This document shows positions 36,463 to 45,827 of a stretch of DNA of 62,003 nucleotides, piece after piece. The notes under the pieces were generated by a model. The model searched no databases and was not told the DNA's origin. It saw only the letters and a list, made by a program, of their open reading frames with translations. A program made the translations under genes and the position numbers. Positions within the stretch are counted from its first letter, which is position 1; every line of letters starts with the position of its first letter. The stretch is from a virus (Duplodnaviria; Caudoviricetes), in IMG/VR virus record IMGVR_UViG_3300017754_001794, positions 1 to 62,003 of that record; one strand, given 5' to 3'.

Positions 36463-37761
36463 ATGCCTATTATTCGCGCTATGCGCCTTGTGAACGCCAT
36501 CGAATCTGGCACCATGAACTCCGCTGCTTTGGAGGCAGCTTTGGCCGATGTTGGGCGGCTGTCCGAATTTCAGGCGGCACTTTCTCAGCTCGGGATTGCG
36601 CGCCGTATCGCCTCTAGCAGCACCTCGGTCAACACCCTCATCGGCAGTCCCATTGCGCTGGCAGCGGCCATGCGTGTCGGCGTGTCTGCCCAAGAGCTTG
36701 CCACCAACGTTATCAGCTATCCGCTGTTGGCCGCGTCCAGTGTGGCTATGAAAGCCGCTACGGCGCAGGTCGCCAGCATGAAAGCCTGGGTAGACAAGTT
36801 CCCCTATATTGCGCGGACGTTTGCCAATACAAACAACGCAGGCGCCGCGCGGATCAACAGCGTGGCGTTCGGCGCTGGCTTATATGTCGCGGTAGGCGAT
36901 TACGGCTCTATCATCACGTCCCCAGACTTGGTGACCTGGACTGCCCGTACGCATACGGCAGGCACCACCTCGGCCACGGTGTGGAGGTCTGTGGGTTTTG
37001 CCAACGGCCTTTTCGTTGCTGTTGGTCACAACAGCACCCAAGCCTACGCCTACACGTCGCCTGACGGCATTACCTGGACCTCCAGAACACTGCCTAGCAG
37101 TGGCACTGTTGCGGCTAATGGTTGCCGCAACCTGCTTCATGACGGAACGCGCTGGTGTCTTTTGGTGCAGACGTCGGCTTCTGCAGCTACTGTGTGGTAC
37201 GCCACTGACCCTACTGCAGCTTGGACCGCCGCAGCAGGCATGAACACAGGCGCTAATGACACCTATCACTTCCTGATCTACAAGGCGGGGGTCGGCTACT
37301 TAGTTTCGCGCACCGATAATCTGCCTACTGGCGGCAATTACTACATTTCAGCAAGTATCACCTCGGCTGTCTGGGTTTCACGTAGCTCTACTACTGGGAC
37401 AGCGTACAATATGTACACCCAACTTGTTGCCGGGACTGAATTCATTTACGTCCTGCCCAATTCCACCTCCACCTGGATGCGCTCGCGGGATGGGTATACC
37501 TGGGAAATGACGGGCTACGATCCGTTTGCGTCTGACTCGACCATGGCCCCCGGTTGGCAGACTATGGTCTTTGTTAATGGTACTATCGTACGTACTTCGG
37601 CGGCATCTGGCCGGCCCCTGCGCGCAACCAGCGACCACGGACTGAACTCTAAAAACTTCTATGCAGGTTCCACGGACAGCAACTCTTTGGCCTACGCAAA
37701 CGGAATTATCTTCAACCTGAGTAACACCACCAGCTACTCCACGCACATTCCAATCGTATGA
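36463..37761 (+). CDS. Putative receptor-binding protein with Asp-box/BNR beta-propeller repeats
   Basis: TSPDLVTW, TSPDGITW, RSRDGYTW; helical N-terminus; visibly lower GC in the 3' part. Confidence 0.65.
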   Translation: MPIIRAMRLVNAIESGTMNSAALEAALADVGRLSEFQAALSQLGIARRIASSSTSVNTLIGSPIALAAAMRVGVSAQELATNVISYPLLAASSVAMKAATAQVASMKAWVDKFPYIARTFANTNNAGAARINSVAFGAGLYVAVGDYGSIITSPDLVTWTARTHTAGTTSATVWRSVGFANGLFVAVGHNSTQAYAYTSPDGITWTSRTLPSSGTVAANGCRNLLHDGTRWCLLVQTSASAATVWYATDPTAAWTAAAGMNTGANDTYHFLIYKAGVGYLVSRTDNLPTGGNYYISASITSAVWVSRSSTTGTAYNMYTQLVAGTEFIYVLPNSTSTWMRSRDGYTWEMTGYDPFASDSTMAPGWQTMVFVNGTIVRTSAASGRPLRATSDHGLNSKNFYAGSTDSNSLAYANGIIFNLSNTTSYSTHIPIV

Positions 37762-38204
37762 AAATCATCTTCAACACCGAAGGCAAGGCCCAGGGCACGG
37801 CCCTGGACTCGTACGAAGGTCCCGATGCCTGGGGCTACGTGGAGGACGACGGGTTTGTGCCCGAGCTGCTGGATCAGTACACGCTGGTCAACGGCGCTGT
37901 CGTCTTCACGCCAACCAGCCGCATCACGCGCCTCGCCTTCCGCAACCGCTTCACGCAGACAGAGAAGGTGGCGCTGGAGTTGGCGTCGCAGCACAACCCA
38001 GCCGGCACGGCCCCACAACAGCAGGGCGCGGCCATGCTGCGGGCTTACCTAGCCGACGTCAACGCAGCCACCTTCGTGGACCTTGCAAGGGCCGACACGC
38101 GGGCCGGCGTGCAGTACCTGGAAACAATGGGGCTATTGGGCACGGGCCGCGCGCTGGAAATCCTGGACGACCCTATCCTGCCCGAGGAGCGCCCTTTGGC
38201 GTAA
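37758..38204 (+). CDS. Tail fibre assembly/accessory protein
   Basis: ITRLAFRNRFT..EK...A.FVDL...T..G...LE..GLL..GRA.EIL. Confidence 0.65.
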   Translation: MKIIFNTEGKAQGTALDSYEGPDAWGYVEDDGFVPELLDQYTLVNGAVVFTPTSRITRLAFRNRFTQTEKVALELASQHNPAGTAPQQQGAAMLRAYLADVNAATFVDLARADTRAGVQYLETMGLLGTGRALEILDDPILPEERPLA

Positions 38205-38208
38205 CACC

Positions 38209-38745
38209 ATGCTTCTGGCCTCCTACACGTCCACGCGCCCCGGTTTGCAGGGCGTTGCCAATGTGCTTATCCGAACGCGCCTGCGGGGGCAATATAGCCA
38301 CACAGAGGTCGTGCTGGAGCCCGGCGATGGTGTAGACCACCTTGTGCCAGACGGCACGCTGCAGCCAGACGCCGACGGTGCCTTGTGGTCAATGTCCAGC
38401 GTCGCCGCAGAGCTGCTGCCCGATTACAGCCCCAGGCGCGCTGGGCACAAGGGCGGTGTGCGATGGAAGCGCATTGCCTACGACAGGCGCAAGTGGGACC
38501 TCTTGCCGCTGCACCGCGACCCAGAGTTCGCCGTGTCCGAGTTCCTGACCCACCAAGGCGAGCCATACGATTGGCAACTGGTGGCGGGTCAGGTCATCTG
38601 GCTCATCCCCGGCAAGGCCTCGCGCAAGCACTGCAGCGAGATGGCCGCGTTGATGTGCGGCGTGCCCGACAAGGACGCGGGGCGCTTCGACCCCTGCACC
38701 ATTCGCGCCATGGTGTTTTCTGAACAAGATATCCGGAGGCTTTGA
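38209..38745 (+). CDS. Permuted papain-like (NlpC/P60, YiiX/YaeF-type) enzyme
   Basis: YSHTE (His), GEPYD and HCSE (Cys) in permuted order. Confidence 0.7.
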   Translation: MLLASYTSTRPGLQGVANVLIRTRLRGQYSHTEVVLEPGDGVDHLVPDGTLQPDADGALWSMSSVAAELLPDYSPRRAGHKGGVRWKRIAYDRRKWDLLPLHRDPEFAVSEFLTHQGEPYDWQLVAGQVIWLIPGKASRKHCSEMAALMCGVPDKDAGRFDPCTIRAMVFSEQDIRRL

Positions 38746-39797
38746 TGCTGTACAGCCCTTACTCTCGTGTCATTGACCTCGTGCCGGGCATGCAGACCAA
38801 CCCGCACGAAGCGCCCGCAGAACAGTTTTGGTACAACGGGTGTCAGACCTGGACCGGGTCGCTGCTCCTCGAAGTAGAGCACGTACGCGCGGGCCAGCCC
38901 ATCGACGTCAATCGTGTGCAGTCCTATAGAGGCGCACAACTGCGCAGCGGTCAGGTCATCAACAACGGTGCATCAGTGGACCAACTGGGCAGTGCCTGGG
39001 CCGCCGACGGTGTCCCAACGAATACCACGTTCTGGGATATGTACAGCGAGCCGACCCAGGCGGAGAAAGACAACGCCCGACAGTACATGGGTGTTGAGAT
39101 CGCAGGCGTGCCGTACATTCGCAGCGGCCCCGCAATGGACAACACCATTGAAACGATCCACATGCTGCTGGACCAAGGCCATGGCATCTTCGGCACCTTC
39201 CGCATGACGGCAGACTTTGACAACAACGCTTATTATTTTCGCAACTGGCGGGAAATGAACTGGGACAGCAGCTATGCAACGGGCGGCCCTTCGCGCGGCG
39301 ACCACGTCGTGGCTATCCTCGGCATCGACATGGACTACGGGCAAGTGATGTTCGCAAACCATTGGGGAGTGGACTGGGGCGACGGCGGCTTTGGCGGTGC
39401 GCCCTTTGAGAAGTTCCTTCAAGGCCCGCAGGGCTGCTTCACGCAGCTACACTACATCAAACACTGCGCCGTCAACCCGGTAGGAGTCCGCACCGTGCCC
39501 AACGCCTTCCCATCTCTTCTCACGCCTGACCAGCAGGGCGCACGGGTGTCCGCACTCAAGCTGGAGCTGACGGCTGCTTATGCCGCCGCGCATGCTGCAG
39601 CGCCCACGGGCACCAACCCGGACATCGCCGGCTGGCTTGCCGCGCTGGCCCGTGGTGGCGAGCTGCGTTGCAGCGACAAAGAGTTCGAAGCCAGCGCCCC
39701 AGGGCTTAACCCACTGCCACGCGGCACCGTGCGCGAGTTCGTTGACCGTGGCGACTTTGCATGGCCTGTGGGCATGCGCAAAGAAATCGGCGAGTAA
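38745..39797 (+). CDS. Papain-family (C1A) cysteine peptidase
   Basis: Q-x5-C (EQFWYNGC), DHVVAILG, FANHWGVDWGDGGFG. Confidence 0.8.
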   Translation: MLYSPYSRVIDLVPGMQTNPHEAPAEQFWYNGCQTWTGSLLLEVEHVRAGQPIDVNRVQSYRGAQLRSGQVINNGASVDQLGSAWAADGVPTNTTFWDMYSEPTQAEKDNARQYMGVEIAGVPYIRSGPAMDNTIETIHMLLDQGHGIFGTFRMTADFDNNAYYFRNWREMNWDSSYATGGPSRGDHVVAILGIDMDYGQVMFANHWGVDWGDGGFGGAPFEKFLQGPQGCFTQLHYIKHCAVNPVGVRTVPNAFPSLLTPDQQGARVSALKLELTAAYAAAHAAAPTGTNPDIAGWLAALARGGELRCSDKEFEASAPGLNPLPRGTVREFVDRGDFAWPVGMRKEIGE

Positions 39798-39800
39798 CCC

Positions 39801-40013
39801 ATGCCTACAGGCGTGGACATAGACGTGACCACAGCGGAGACGGTGCCCGCACCGCTGCAGGTTGCGCCTGACCCACTGGATGCGCGCATGCGTGCCATCC
39901 TGCAGCGTATCGGATTCGACAACGCTGCAATCAATGAATTGCAGGCGGACACGGGCCAATGGGGCATCCTGCGTGATTACACAATCTGCGTAGAGAATGC
40001 CGCCCGTGCCTGA
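39801..40013 (+). CDS. Hypothetical protein
   Basis: 70 aa; fills the gap between neighbours. Confidence 0.5.
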   Translation: MPTGVDIDVTTAETVPAPLQVAPDPLDARMRAILQRIGFDNAAINELQADTGQWGILRDYTICVENAARA

Positions 40014-40389
40014 CCGCCACACGACCCCCACACAGCCCGAAGACGGGCAAGATGCCAAGATCAACTTCAGCCTACCCGAGCGACGAAGGCCGGCAGAGGT
40101 GCGGCTGGCGCAAGAGCAGGTAGACGAACTCAAAGCCATTGTGCGCACTGCAGCAGCCGACGCGCTGCGCGACAGCATCACGCAGGACATGGCGGAGAAG
40201 TTTTGGGCCGCTGGAATCGCAGTGCTGCAGGACAATGCCAAGAAGCAAGCAGGTGACTTTGTGGTCGGTGGTGTCCTTGCGCTGCTCAAGCGCGGCTTCC
40301 TTATTGTTTTGGTTGGCAGCATGGTCTACACCCTGGGCGGTTGGGCCATGTTCGTCAAGTTCGCAAAGTGGGTCTCAACATTGGGGTGA
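39997..40389 (+). CDS. Putative holin / membrane protein
   Basis: C-terminal hydrophobic helices; directly upstream of the endolysin. Confidence 0.55.
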   Translation: MPPVPDRHTTPTQPEDGQDAKINFSLPERRRPAEVRLAQEQVDELKAIVRTAAADALRDSITQDMAEKFWAAGIAVLQDNAKKQAGDFVVGGVLALLKRGFLIVLVGSMVYTLGGWAMFVKFAKWVSTLG

Positions 40390-40392
40390 AGT

Positions 40393-41253
40393 ATGGAAAG
40401 AACATCAGAAAAGGGCCGCAAGGCCATCAAGACACACGAGGCGCTGCGGCTGTTTGCTTACCCGGACCCAGCGTCCAAGCTCGCCCGCGCAACGCACAAC
40501 ATGCGCCTCGGCTGGGGCTTCAAGCCGGCGCGCGGCATCCTTGCGAAGCTGAACCCGGAGATCGCTGCGCTGGACGGCGGCCCGTGGACTTGTGGCTATG
40601 GTGAAACCAGCGGCGTCACACCCGACACGCAGTGGACCGAGCAGCAGGCCAACGCCCGCTTCGACCAGACCCTGTCCAAGTTTGAACAGGGCGTCGCCAA
40701 GGCGCTCACGGTGCCGGCCACGCCTGGGCAGTTCGACGCCATGGTGTCGCTTGCCTATAACATCGGCCTCGGCTGGGAAGGCCCTAAGAAACCACCGGGC
40801 GCCAAAGACGGCTTCCGGCAGAGCTCCGTGCTGCGCCTGCACAACCGGGGTGACACCGCTGGCGCTGCCCGCGCGTTCCGTCTGTGGAACAAGGCCGGAG
40901 GCGTTGTGAACAACGGCCTGGACGTGCGCCGGGGCGAGGAGTCCGCCATGTACTCGCGCAGCAGCCCGCCTGACGTCATCCCAGGCACCAACCTGCCCCA
41001 GGTGCCGAGCAGCAATGTGGACCCCGAAACGCGCATGACCGAGAGCCCGATCAACCGAGCCGCTGTCATCGCTGGCGGGTCCACCACCGTGGCCGGCGTA
41101 GCAGAGGTGGCACGCACCGCAGCGGACGCGAAGTACAGCATGCAGCAGCTCGGAGACTGGCTGCTGCCGCTGATCCTGGTGGCCGTGGTGGTTGGCCTGT
41201 GTGGCTATATCGTCTGGCAGCGCAAAAAGCAGCGTGACGGGGGCTGGGCATGA
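40393..41253 (+). CDS. Endolysin, GH24 lysozyme with a C-terminal transmembrane helix
   Basis: HEALRLFAYPD (E-x8-D), WTCGYG, QFDAMVSLAYNIG, WNKAGG...GL..RR..E. Confidence 0.9.
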   Translation: MERTSEKGRKAIKTHEALRLFAYPDPASKLARATHNMRLGWGFKPARGILAKLNPEIAALDGGPWTCGYGETSGVTPDTQWTEQQANARFDQTLSKFEQGVAKALTVPATPGQFDAMVSLAYNIGLGWEGPKKPPGAKDGFRQSSVLRLHNRGDTAGAARAFRLWNKAGGVVNNGLDVRRGEESAMYSRSSPPDVIPGTNLPQVPSSNVDPETRMTESPINRAAVIAGGSTTVAGVAEVARTAADAKYSMQQLGDWLLPLILVAVVVGLCGYIVWQRKKQRDGGWA

Positions 41254-41765
41254 TTGCCGGCCTGCAACTCACCGCCGCCGTGGCCCTTGCCGCAGCCGTG
41301 GCGGGCTTTGGCGCGGGTTGGGGTGCCCAGGGTGTGCGCGCGGAGCGCACGGTGGCCCAGCAGGCTGCAAAGCACGCCGACGCCATGCGCAAGGACGCAG
41401 AGGAAGACCGACAGGCGGCACAGGAGGTCCTGCGCCGCGCCAACCTACTTACGGAGAAAGCAGATGAAGCACAACGCAATGCAGAGGCCCGTGCGGCGGT
41501 TCACAAGCGTGCTGCTGACAGCGCTTTGCGCGAGCTTGCTGGGCTGCGCACAGACCTTGCCAGTGTGCCCGGACGTATCCAGCTCGCTTCCCGCGAGGCC
41601 GTCAACCAGTACGCCGCAACCGCCACAGCCGTATTCGAGCAATGCACAGCAAGATATCAGCGCTTGGCGGAAGCAGCTGATGGACACGCAAGTGATGTCC
41701 AAACCCTGACCGAGGGATGGCCGCGCCTGCCGGCTGCAGGCAACAAACCGAAGGAAACCAAATGA
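41250..41765 (+). CDS. Rz-like inner-membrane spanin
   Basis: N-terminal transmembrane helix plus coiled coil; follows the endolysin. Confidence 0.8.
   Translation: MIAGLQLTAAVALAAAVAGFGAGWGAQGVRAERTVAQQAAKHADAMRKDAEEDRQAAQEVLRRANLLTEKADEAQRNAEARAAVHKRAADSALRELAGLRTDLASVPGRIQLASREAVNQYAATATAVFEQCTARYQRLAEAADGHASDVQTLTEGWPRLPAAGNKPKETK
41464..41709 (+). CDS. Rz1-like outer-membrane lipoprotein spanin, embedded in the +1 frame
   Basis: GGAG RBS; signal peptide with lipobox LLGC; Pro-rich. Confidence 0.75.
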   Translation: MKHNAMQRPVRRFTSVLLTALCASLLGCAQTLPVCPDVSSSLPARPSTSTPQPPQPYSSNAQQDISAWRKQLMDTQVMSKP

Positions 41766-41980
41766 CGCTGAAACTCCGCATCCAAGTGCCCCGCAACGGC
41801 GGCGACTACGAGGCCCGCGTGTCCCAGGGCAACGGCGCGCCCGAGGTGATCTTGGCACCCGGTGACGAGATGGAGCTGTACGTGTACGACAGCAACCAAA
41901 TCAACATCACCGAGGCGCCGGCAGGCACCAAGGATAACCACACGGCCCAGGCGCGAGCGGCCAGCCCAGCGGGGGGCTAA
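41762..41980 (+). CDS. Hypothetical protein
   Basis: AAGGA RBS; MTLKLRIQVP... Confidence 0.6.
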   Translation: MTLKLRIQVPRNGGDYEARVSQGNGAPEVILAPGDEMELYVYDSNQINITEAPAGTKDNHTAQARAASPAGG

Positions 41981-42195
41981 GTCCGCACCTGACGCGGCTT
42001 GCACACGCGGGCCGCGTCTTTCCTGTAGTCAGGCATGCGGCCATCGGCAACCGCATCGCAGTAAGCCTTCGTGTCGCGCTTTTCCATGTCCGTGGTGTGT
42101 GCCACGATGGCGAAGGCACCGGCCACCGCAATGGCGGCCACGCAGTACCAGAACATTGCGTTCAACGTCGACTGGCTCATGTTGCTGTAAAGCAT
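41977..42195 (-). CDS. Small membrane protein
   Basis: AAGGAG RBS; one transmembrane helix; YC..V..G..PDY motif. Confidence 0.6.
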   Translation of the reverse strand: MLYSNMSQSTLNAMFWYCVAAIAVAGAFAIVAHTTDMEKRDTKAYCDAVADGRMPDYRKDAARVCKPRQVRT

Positions 42196-42204
42196 CTTTA
42201 CTCC

Positions 42205-43185
42205 TTAAAAACCGTACCGCTTTGCGCACACCGGGCCGATGCCCGCTGCCACGCTTTCCTCGTCCGTCAGCTCACGGGCGCACACGCTGCAGCGCCCGAA
42301 CTTCTTGCCGTAGGCAATGGCCGCCGCCTTTGGGTCTTTGGACAGCTCCACGATAACCGCCTGGGTTGCATCGCTGCAGTCGCGGCTCTTCAAGAACTTG
42401 CCGCCCAGCACCTTGCCCAGGTACGCACCCGGCAGGCCGTTGTCGTCCTTGGCGGCTTTGATGTAGATGGCGCCTGGGTTGGCGCTCTCAGCCTTGGCAG
42501 GCGTAAATACAAACTCGCCAAGACGCAGACGCGGGTGGACAATGCCTGCCGCACTGGCGCGGTCAAAGGCCTCGTGCAGGGGCTGCAGGGTCACTGCCGG
42601 TGCTGGGGCCTGGGCCGGGGCGCTTTGGGCCGCCTGCGGGGCTGTGGCTGCGGCGCAGCGGGCCATGTCGCGGTGTACGGCGGCCAACTGGTTGGGACTG
42701 AGGGAGCCCCATTGTGCGAGGCCGCGCTGCAGGCTTGCGTAGAAGTTGCTGTTGGGTGCGCGTTCGTTAAGGAATGCCACCTCCTCCGCATGGTCGGTCG
42801 CCCACTGTTCGGCCAGCTTGGCAACGGTGGCCGCCTTCTTGGCCTGCTGTGCCTTCTTGCGGATCTCTGCCACGCGGCCCTGCATTTGGCGGTTGAACTT
42901 CTCGAAGCCTGCCACCGCCCCGCCCGCCTGCTTCACACACTCGCAGCCCACGGTAAAGCGGTGCCCGTGTACGTCTGCAACGATGAAGCAATACTTGAGC
43001 CGCGTGGTGCAGTAGGCGCACCGCGTTTCACCGCTCTCGTCAATGCGGATGTCCACGCACTGGAACGGGGCCACACCCAGGCCGACGGCCTCGTACGGGT
43101 GGGCGGGGGCCTTGGGGGCTGGCTGGCGGTCCTCTGCGGCTGCTACCTGGGCCAGTGCGTTGATTTCGTCTAGCGTTGCTTGCAT
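42205..43185 (-). CDS. Zinc-finger protein with a C-terminal DUF6011-like domain
   Basis: CAYC...VGCECV at the N-terminus; CSVCARELTDEESVAAGIGPVCA at the C-terminus. Confidence 0.75.
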   Translation of the reverse strand: MQATLDEINALAQVAAAEDRQPAPKAPAHPYEAVGLGVAPFQCVDIRIDESGETRCAYCTTRLKYCFIVADVHGHRFTVGCECVKQAGGAVAGFEKFNRQMQGRVAEIRKKAQQAKKAATVAKLAEQWATDHAEEVAFLNERAPNSNFYASLQRGLAQWGSLSPNQLAAVHRDMARCAAATAPQAAQSAPAQAPAPAVTLQPLHEAFDRASAAGIVHPRLRLGEFVFTPAKAESANPGAIYIKAAKDDNGLPGAYLGKVLGGKFLKSRDCSDATQAVIVELSKDPKAAAIAYGKKFGRCSVCARELTDEESVAAGIGPVCAKRYGF

Positions 43186-43224
43186 GGTGTGCTCCTAGGG
43201 CGGCGCGGTGGCCGCCCGCTGTGG

Positions 43225-43533
43225 TCAGTAGGTGAAGAAGCCCTTGCAGATGCCCAGGTAGCCGCCCGTACTTTCTTGGCGGCGCAACACCTCCGAAATG
43301 CAAATGCAACCGACCCAGCGGCCCCAGGCCTCCACGTAAAACACCACGTACTGCGCAGGCTTCACCGTGTCCACCGTAGCGGCCATGTCCTTATGAAAGT
43401 AGGCAGCGCACTGCTTCGCCATCAGCAGCGTCGCCTTTTCTGCAGCCGCTTCGGTGGCGTAGTTCTTGCAGGGGTTCTTGTTCTCTGCGCGGTACTCTTC
43501 GATGCGGGCGGTCAGCTCTTTGATAAGGTTCAT
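43225..43533 (-). CDS. Hypothetical protein
   Basis: CAGGAG RBS; MNLIKELTAR... Confidence 0.7.
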   Translation of the reverse strand: MNLIKELTARIEEYRAENKNPCKNYATEAAAEKATLLMAKQCAAYFHKDMAATVDTVKPAQYVVFYVEAWGRWVGCICISEVLRRQESTGGYLGICKGFFTY

Positions 43534-43549
43534 GGTGTACTCCTGTGGG

Positions 43550-43600
43550 TTGCGGGTTGGTGTGCCTCTATTATGTCGTCTTCTTAGACAGCAACGCAAG
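43550..43600 (-). promoter_or_regulatory. Putative sigma70-type promoter TTGCGT-N18-CATAAT followed by AGAGGCACACCAAC
   Basis: Read on the - strand; downstream motif shared with about 4242-4257. Confidence 0.55.
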
Positions 43601-43618
43601 TCCCGTAGAAGTTTGGGG

Positions 43619-45655
43619 TTATTCGCAGTGCCCCCAGTCCGGCCCAAGCTCCATGTCAGCCCGCACCGGGATGCGCAAGGGCACCGCCGTTTCCATGACG
43701 TGCTGCATGGCGGCAAAGCCGTCATCCTTGCCGCCTGGGTCGCTGAAGTCCAGCTCGTCATGCACGGTCAGCCGTGGCACACCCGTATAGTCAAAGATGC
43801 CATCTTCCCAGCACTGTAGCATTGCAACCTTCATCATGTCAGCTGCACTGCCCTGCAACTTGCGGTTCAGCGCCTTGTGCGTGTACGCGCGCTCGATGCT
43901 GTTGCCATACTTCGCCTGTGCAAGGCCGTAGGGCAGCGGTATGCCGCCCTCGCCCCAGCCCGCAGGCCCCCACAGGTCAAAGCGGCTGCAGCGGCCACCA
44001 ATGGTCCTAACCACACCCGTGCTGATGGCCTCGTCGGCGCACCATTCCATTGTCTTCTTGGCGAACGGCACGGCCTTGTGATACAGCTTGAAAAGCGCCT
44101 TGCCCTCCGCTGCCGACATGCCCAGGCTGCGCGACAGCTTGTCAACGCCCATGCCGTAGATCAGGCCGAAGTTAATGTTCTTGATTGGCTTGCGTTGGTG
44201 CTTGCGGCGCTGCGGTGTGCTGATGTCCCAGCCGGCCAGCGGTGCCACCATGTCCAGCGTCATGTCGTGGTAGTCAAGGTCCGGGTTCGCGTTGAAGTTG
44301 CGGCGGATTTCGTCGCTGCCCTCGCCCACCGCAAAGTGAATCAGAAAGCGGTATTCAATCTGCGAATAGTCATACCGGCGCCATTGCTTGTGGCCCTCGT
44401 CCGGTATGAACAGGCCGCGCAGCATGGGGGCCAGTATTTCGTCACGGCTGGGGATGTTCTGTAGGTTGGGCGAGCTGCCGCTGAACCGCCCGCTGCGGGT
44501 GCCACCCTCGTCGCCGCGCAACTGGTGGAACTGCCCGTACAGCATGCCATTGATGTGCGACTTGAGGATGTAGCTGTCAACAAACGTGCCGGCTAGTTTG
44601 TCGTACTTGCGCACGTCGCGTATCAGCTCACCGATCGGGTGCTCAAGGCCCTCTAAGAAGCCTTTGGTGAACGACGGGGCGCCCTTGGGTGTGCGCGGGT
44701 AGGCTACCCCAGCGGCGTCGAATGCGCGCTGCAGCGTCTCGCTCTGATTGACGTTAACAAGGCACCCGGCCACGCTGTTCAGCTGCGCCTGGACCTCGGA
44801 CTGCTTTTCGCGCAACGTGTGGTAAAGCTCCTCGCCCTTCTTCACGTCCACACGCACGCCTGCAAAGCGCATGCGCACCATGAGCGGTATGAGCCGGCAC
44901 TCCACACCGAACAGGTACATCAGGCCCTGCTGCTCCAACAGCGGCCATTGCTTTTCGATTACGCGCAGTGGCAGGTCCGCGTCGGACTCGGCGTAGGGGC
45001 CGACAAGACGGGGGCTGCAGCGGTAGATGTTCTTACGCGCCGTAGGCCCAGCAGGGCCGCCATACGCCCGCGCAAGCCACTCGTACATCCCGTTGGACTG
45101 CTTACCTTCACCCAGGTACTTCTGCGCCAGCGTTTCCAGGTTAACGAACGCCCGCTCGTCCAGCAGCGCTTCTGCGAACTGCACGTCGAACACCGGCCCC
45201 ACCACCTCAACGCCTTCGTGCTTCAGCCAGCCTATGTCGTACGTGATGTTGGCGCCGACCTTGGGCTGGTGCGGTCGGCCGAGTTGCTCTGACAGCCACA
45301 GCAGCACCAGCGCGGGGTCGAAGTTAAGCTCGGGCTCCACCTCGTGGCGCATGGGGAAGTACCACCGGCCACCGCCGTCGGCGCCCACAGACACGCCCAC
45401 AATGTGCCCCTTGCCCCGTGCCCAGCCCGGCCCCTTGCCTGGGTGCTTTACGCCCGCGTCGTCCACCCAGTCCACCAGCTCGGGGTCCTTGGTTTCGCAG
45501 TCGATGGAGATAACACGGGCGCCCGACAGGTCGGGAAAGTAGGTGGGCCGCACCCAGCCCGTGTCAGGCGTCGGCGGTATGATGCGCGGGCCGCGCTGGT
45601 TGGACTTGGCTACCGGGATGTCTTCCCAGAACAGCCCGATGGAATCGTTACGCAT
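43619..45655 (-). CDS. polA: DNA polymerase family A with 3'-5' exonuclease
   Basis: IDCET, GTRSGRFSGSSPNLQNIP, DYSQIEYR, KNINFGLIYG, LQGSAAD, TVHDEL. Confidence 0.96.
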   Translation of the reverse strand: MRNDSIGLFWEDIPVAKSNQRGPRIIPPTPDTGWVRPTYFPDLSGARVISIDCETKDPELVDWVDDAGVKHPGKGPGWARGKGHIVGVSVGADGGGRWYFPMRHEVEPELNFDPALVLLWLSEQLGRPHQPKVGANITYDIGWLKHEGVEVVGPVFDVQFAEALLDERAFVNLETLAQKYLGEGKQSNGMYEWLARAYGGPAGPTARKNIYRCSPRLVGPYAESDADLPLRVIEKQWPLLEQQGLMYLFGVECRLIPLMVRMRFAGVRVDVKKGEELYHTLREKQSEVQAQLNSVAGCLVNVNQSETLQRAFDAAGVAYPRTPKGAPSFTKGFLEGLEHPIGELIRDVRKYDKLAGTFVDSYILKSHINGMLYGQFHQLRGDEGGTRSGRFSGSSPNLQNIPSRDEILAPMLRGLFIPDEGHKQWRRYDYSQIEYRFLIHFAVGEGSDEIRRNFNANPDLDYHDMTLDMVAPLAGWDISTPQRRKHQRKPIKNINFGLIYGMGVDKLSRSLGMSAAEGKALFKLYHKAVPFAKKTMEWCADEAISTGVVRTIGGRCSRFDLWGPAGWGEGGIPLPYGLAQAKYGNSIERAYTHKALNRKLQGSAADMMKVAMLQCWEDGIFDYTGVPRLTVHDELDFSDPGGKDDGFAAMQHVMETAVPLRIPVRADMELGPDWGHCE

Positions 45656-45827
45656 CGTAGACGTTATGGCTGTGCTCGTACACGGTCAGCCCGGCATGGC
45701 TGCGCCCGGTGCGTTTATAGACCGCATAAGCGCACTTGTCGTAATGCACCTCCAGCTCTGCAGGCTGGGGCAACTGCACGTCAAACTCGTCTAGTCGTGC
45801 AGGGCCATCTTCTAGTATGACTCTCAT
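45648..45827 (-). CDS. Hypothetical protein
   Basis: ATGA overlap with the clamp stop; 59 aa. Confidence 0.45.
   Translation of the reverse strand: MRVILEDGPARLDEFDVQLPQPAELEVHYDKCAYAVYKRTGRSHAGLTVYEHSHNVYDA

Noticed and set aside
35412-38204. Diversity-generating retroelement or invertible tail-fibre cassette
   Set aside because: No reverse transcriptase, recombinase, TR/VR pair or flanking inverted repeats were seen.
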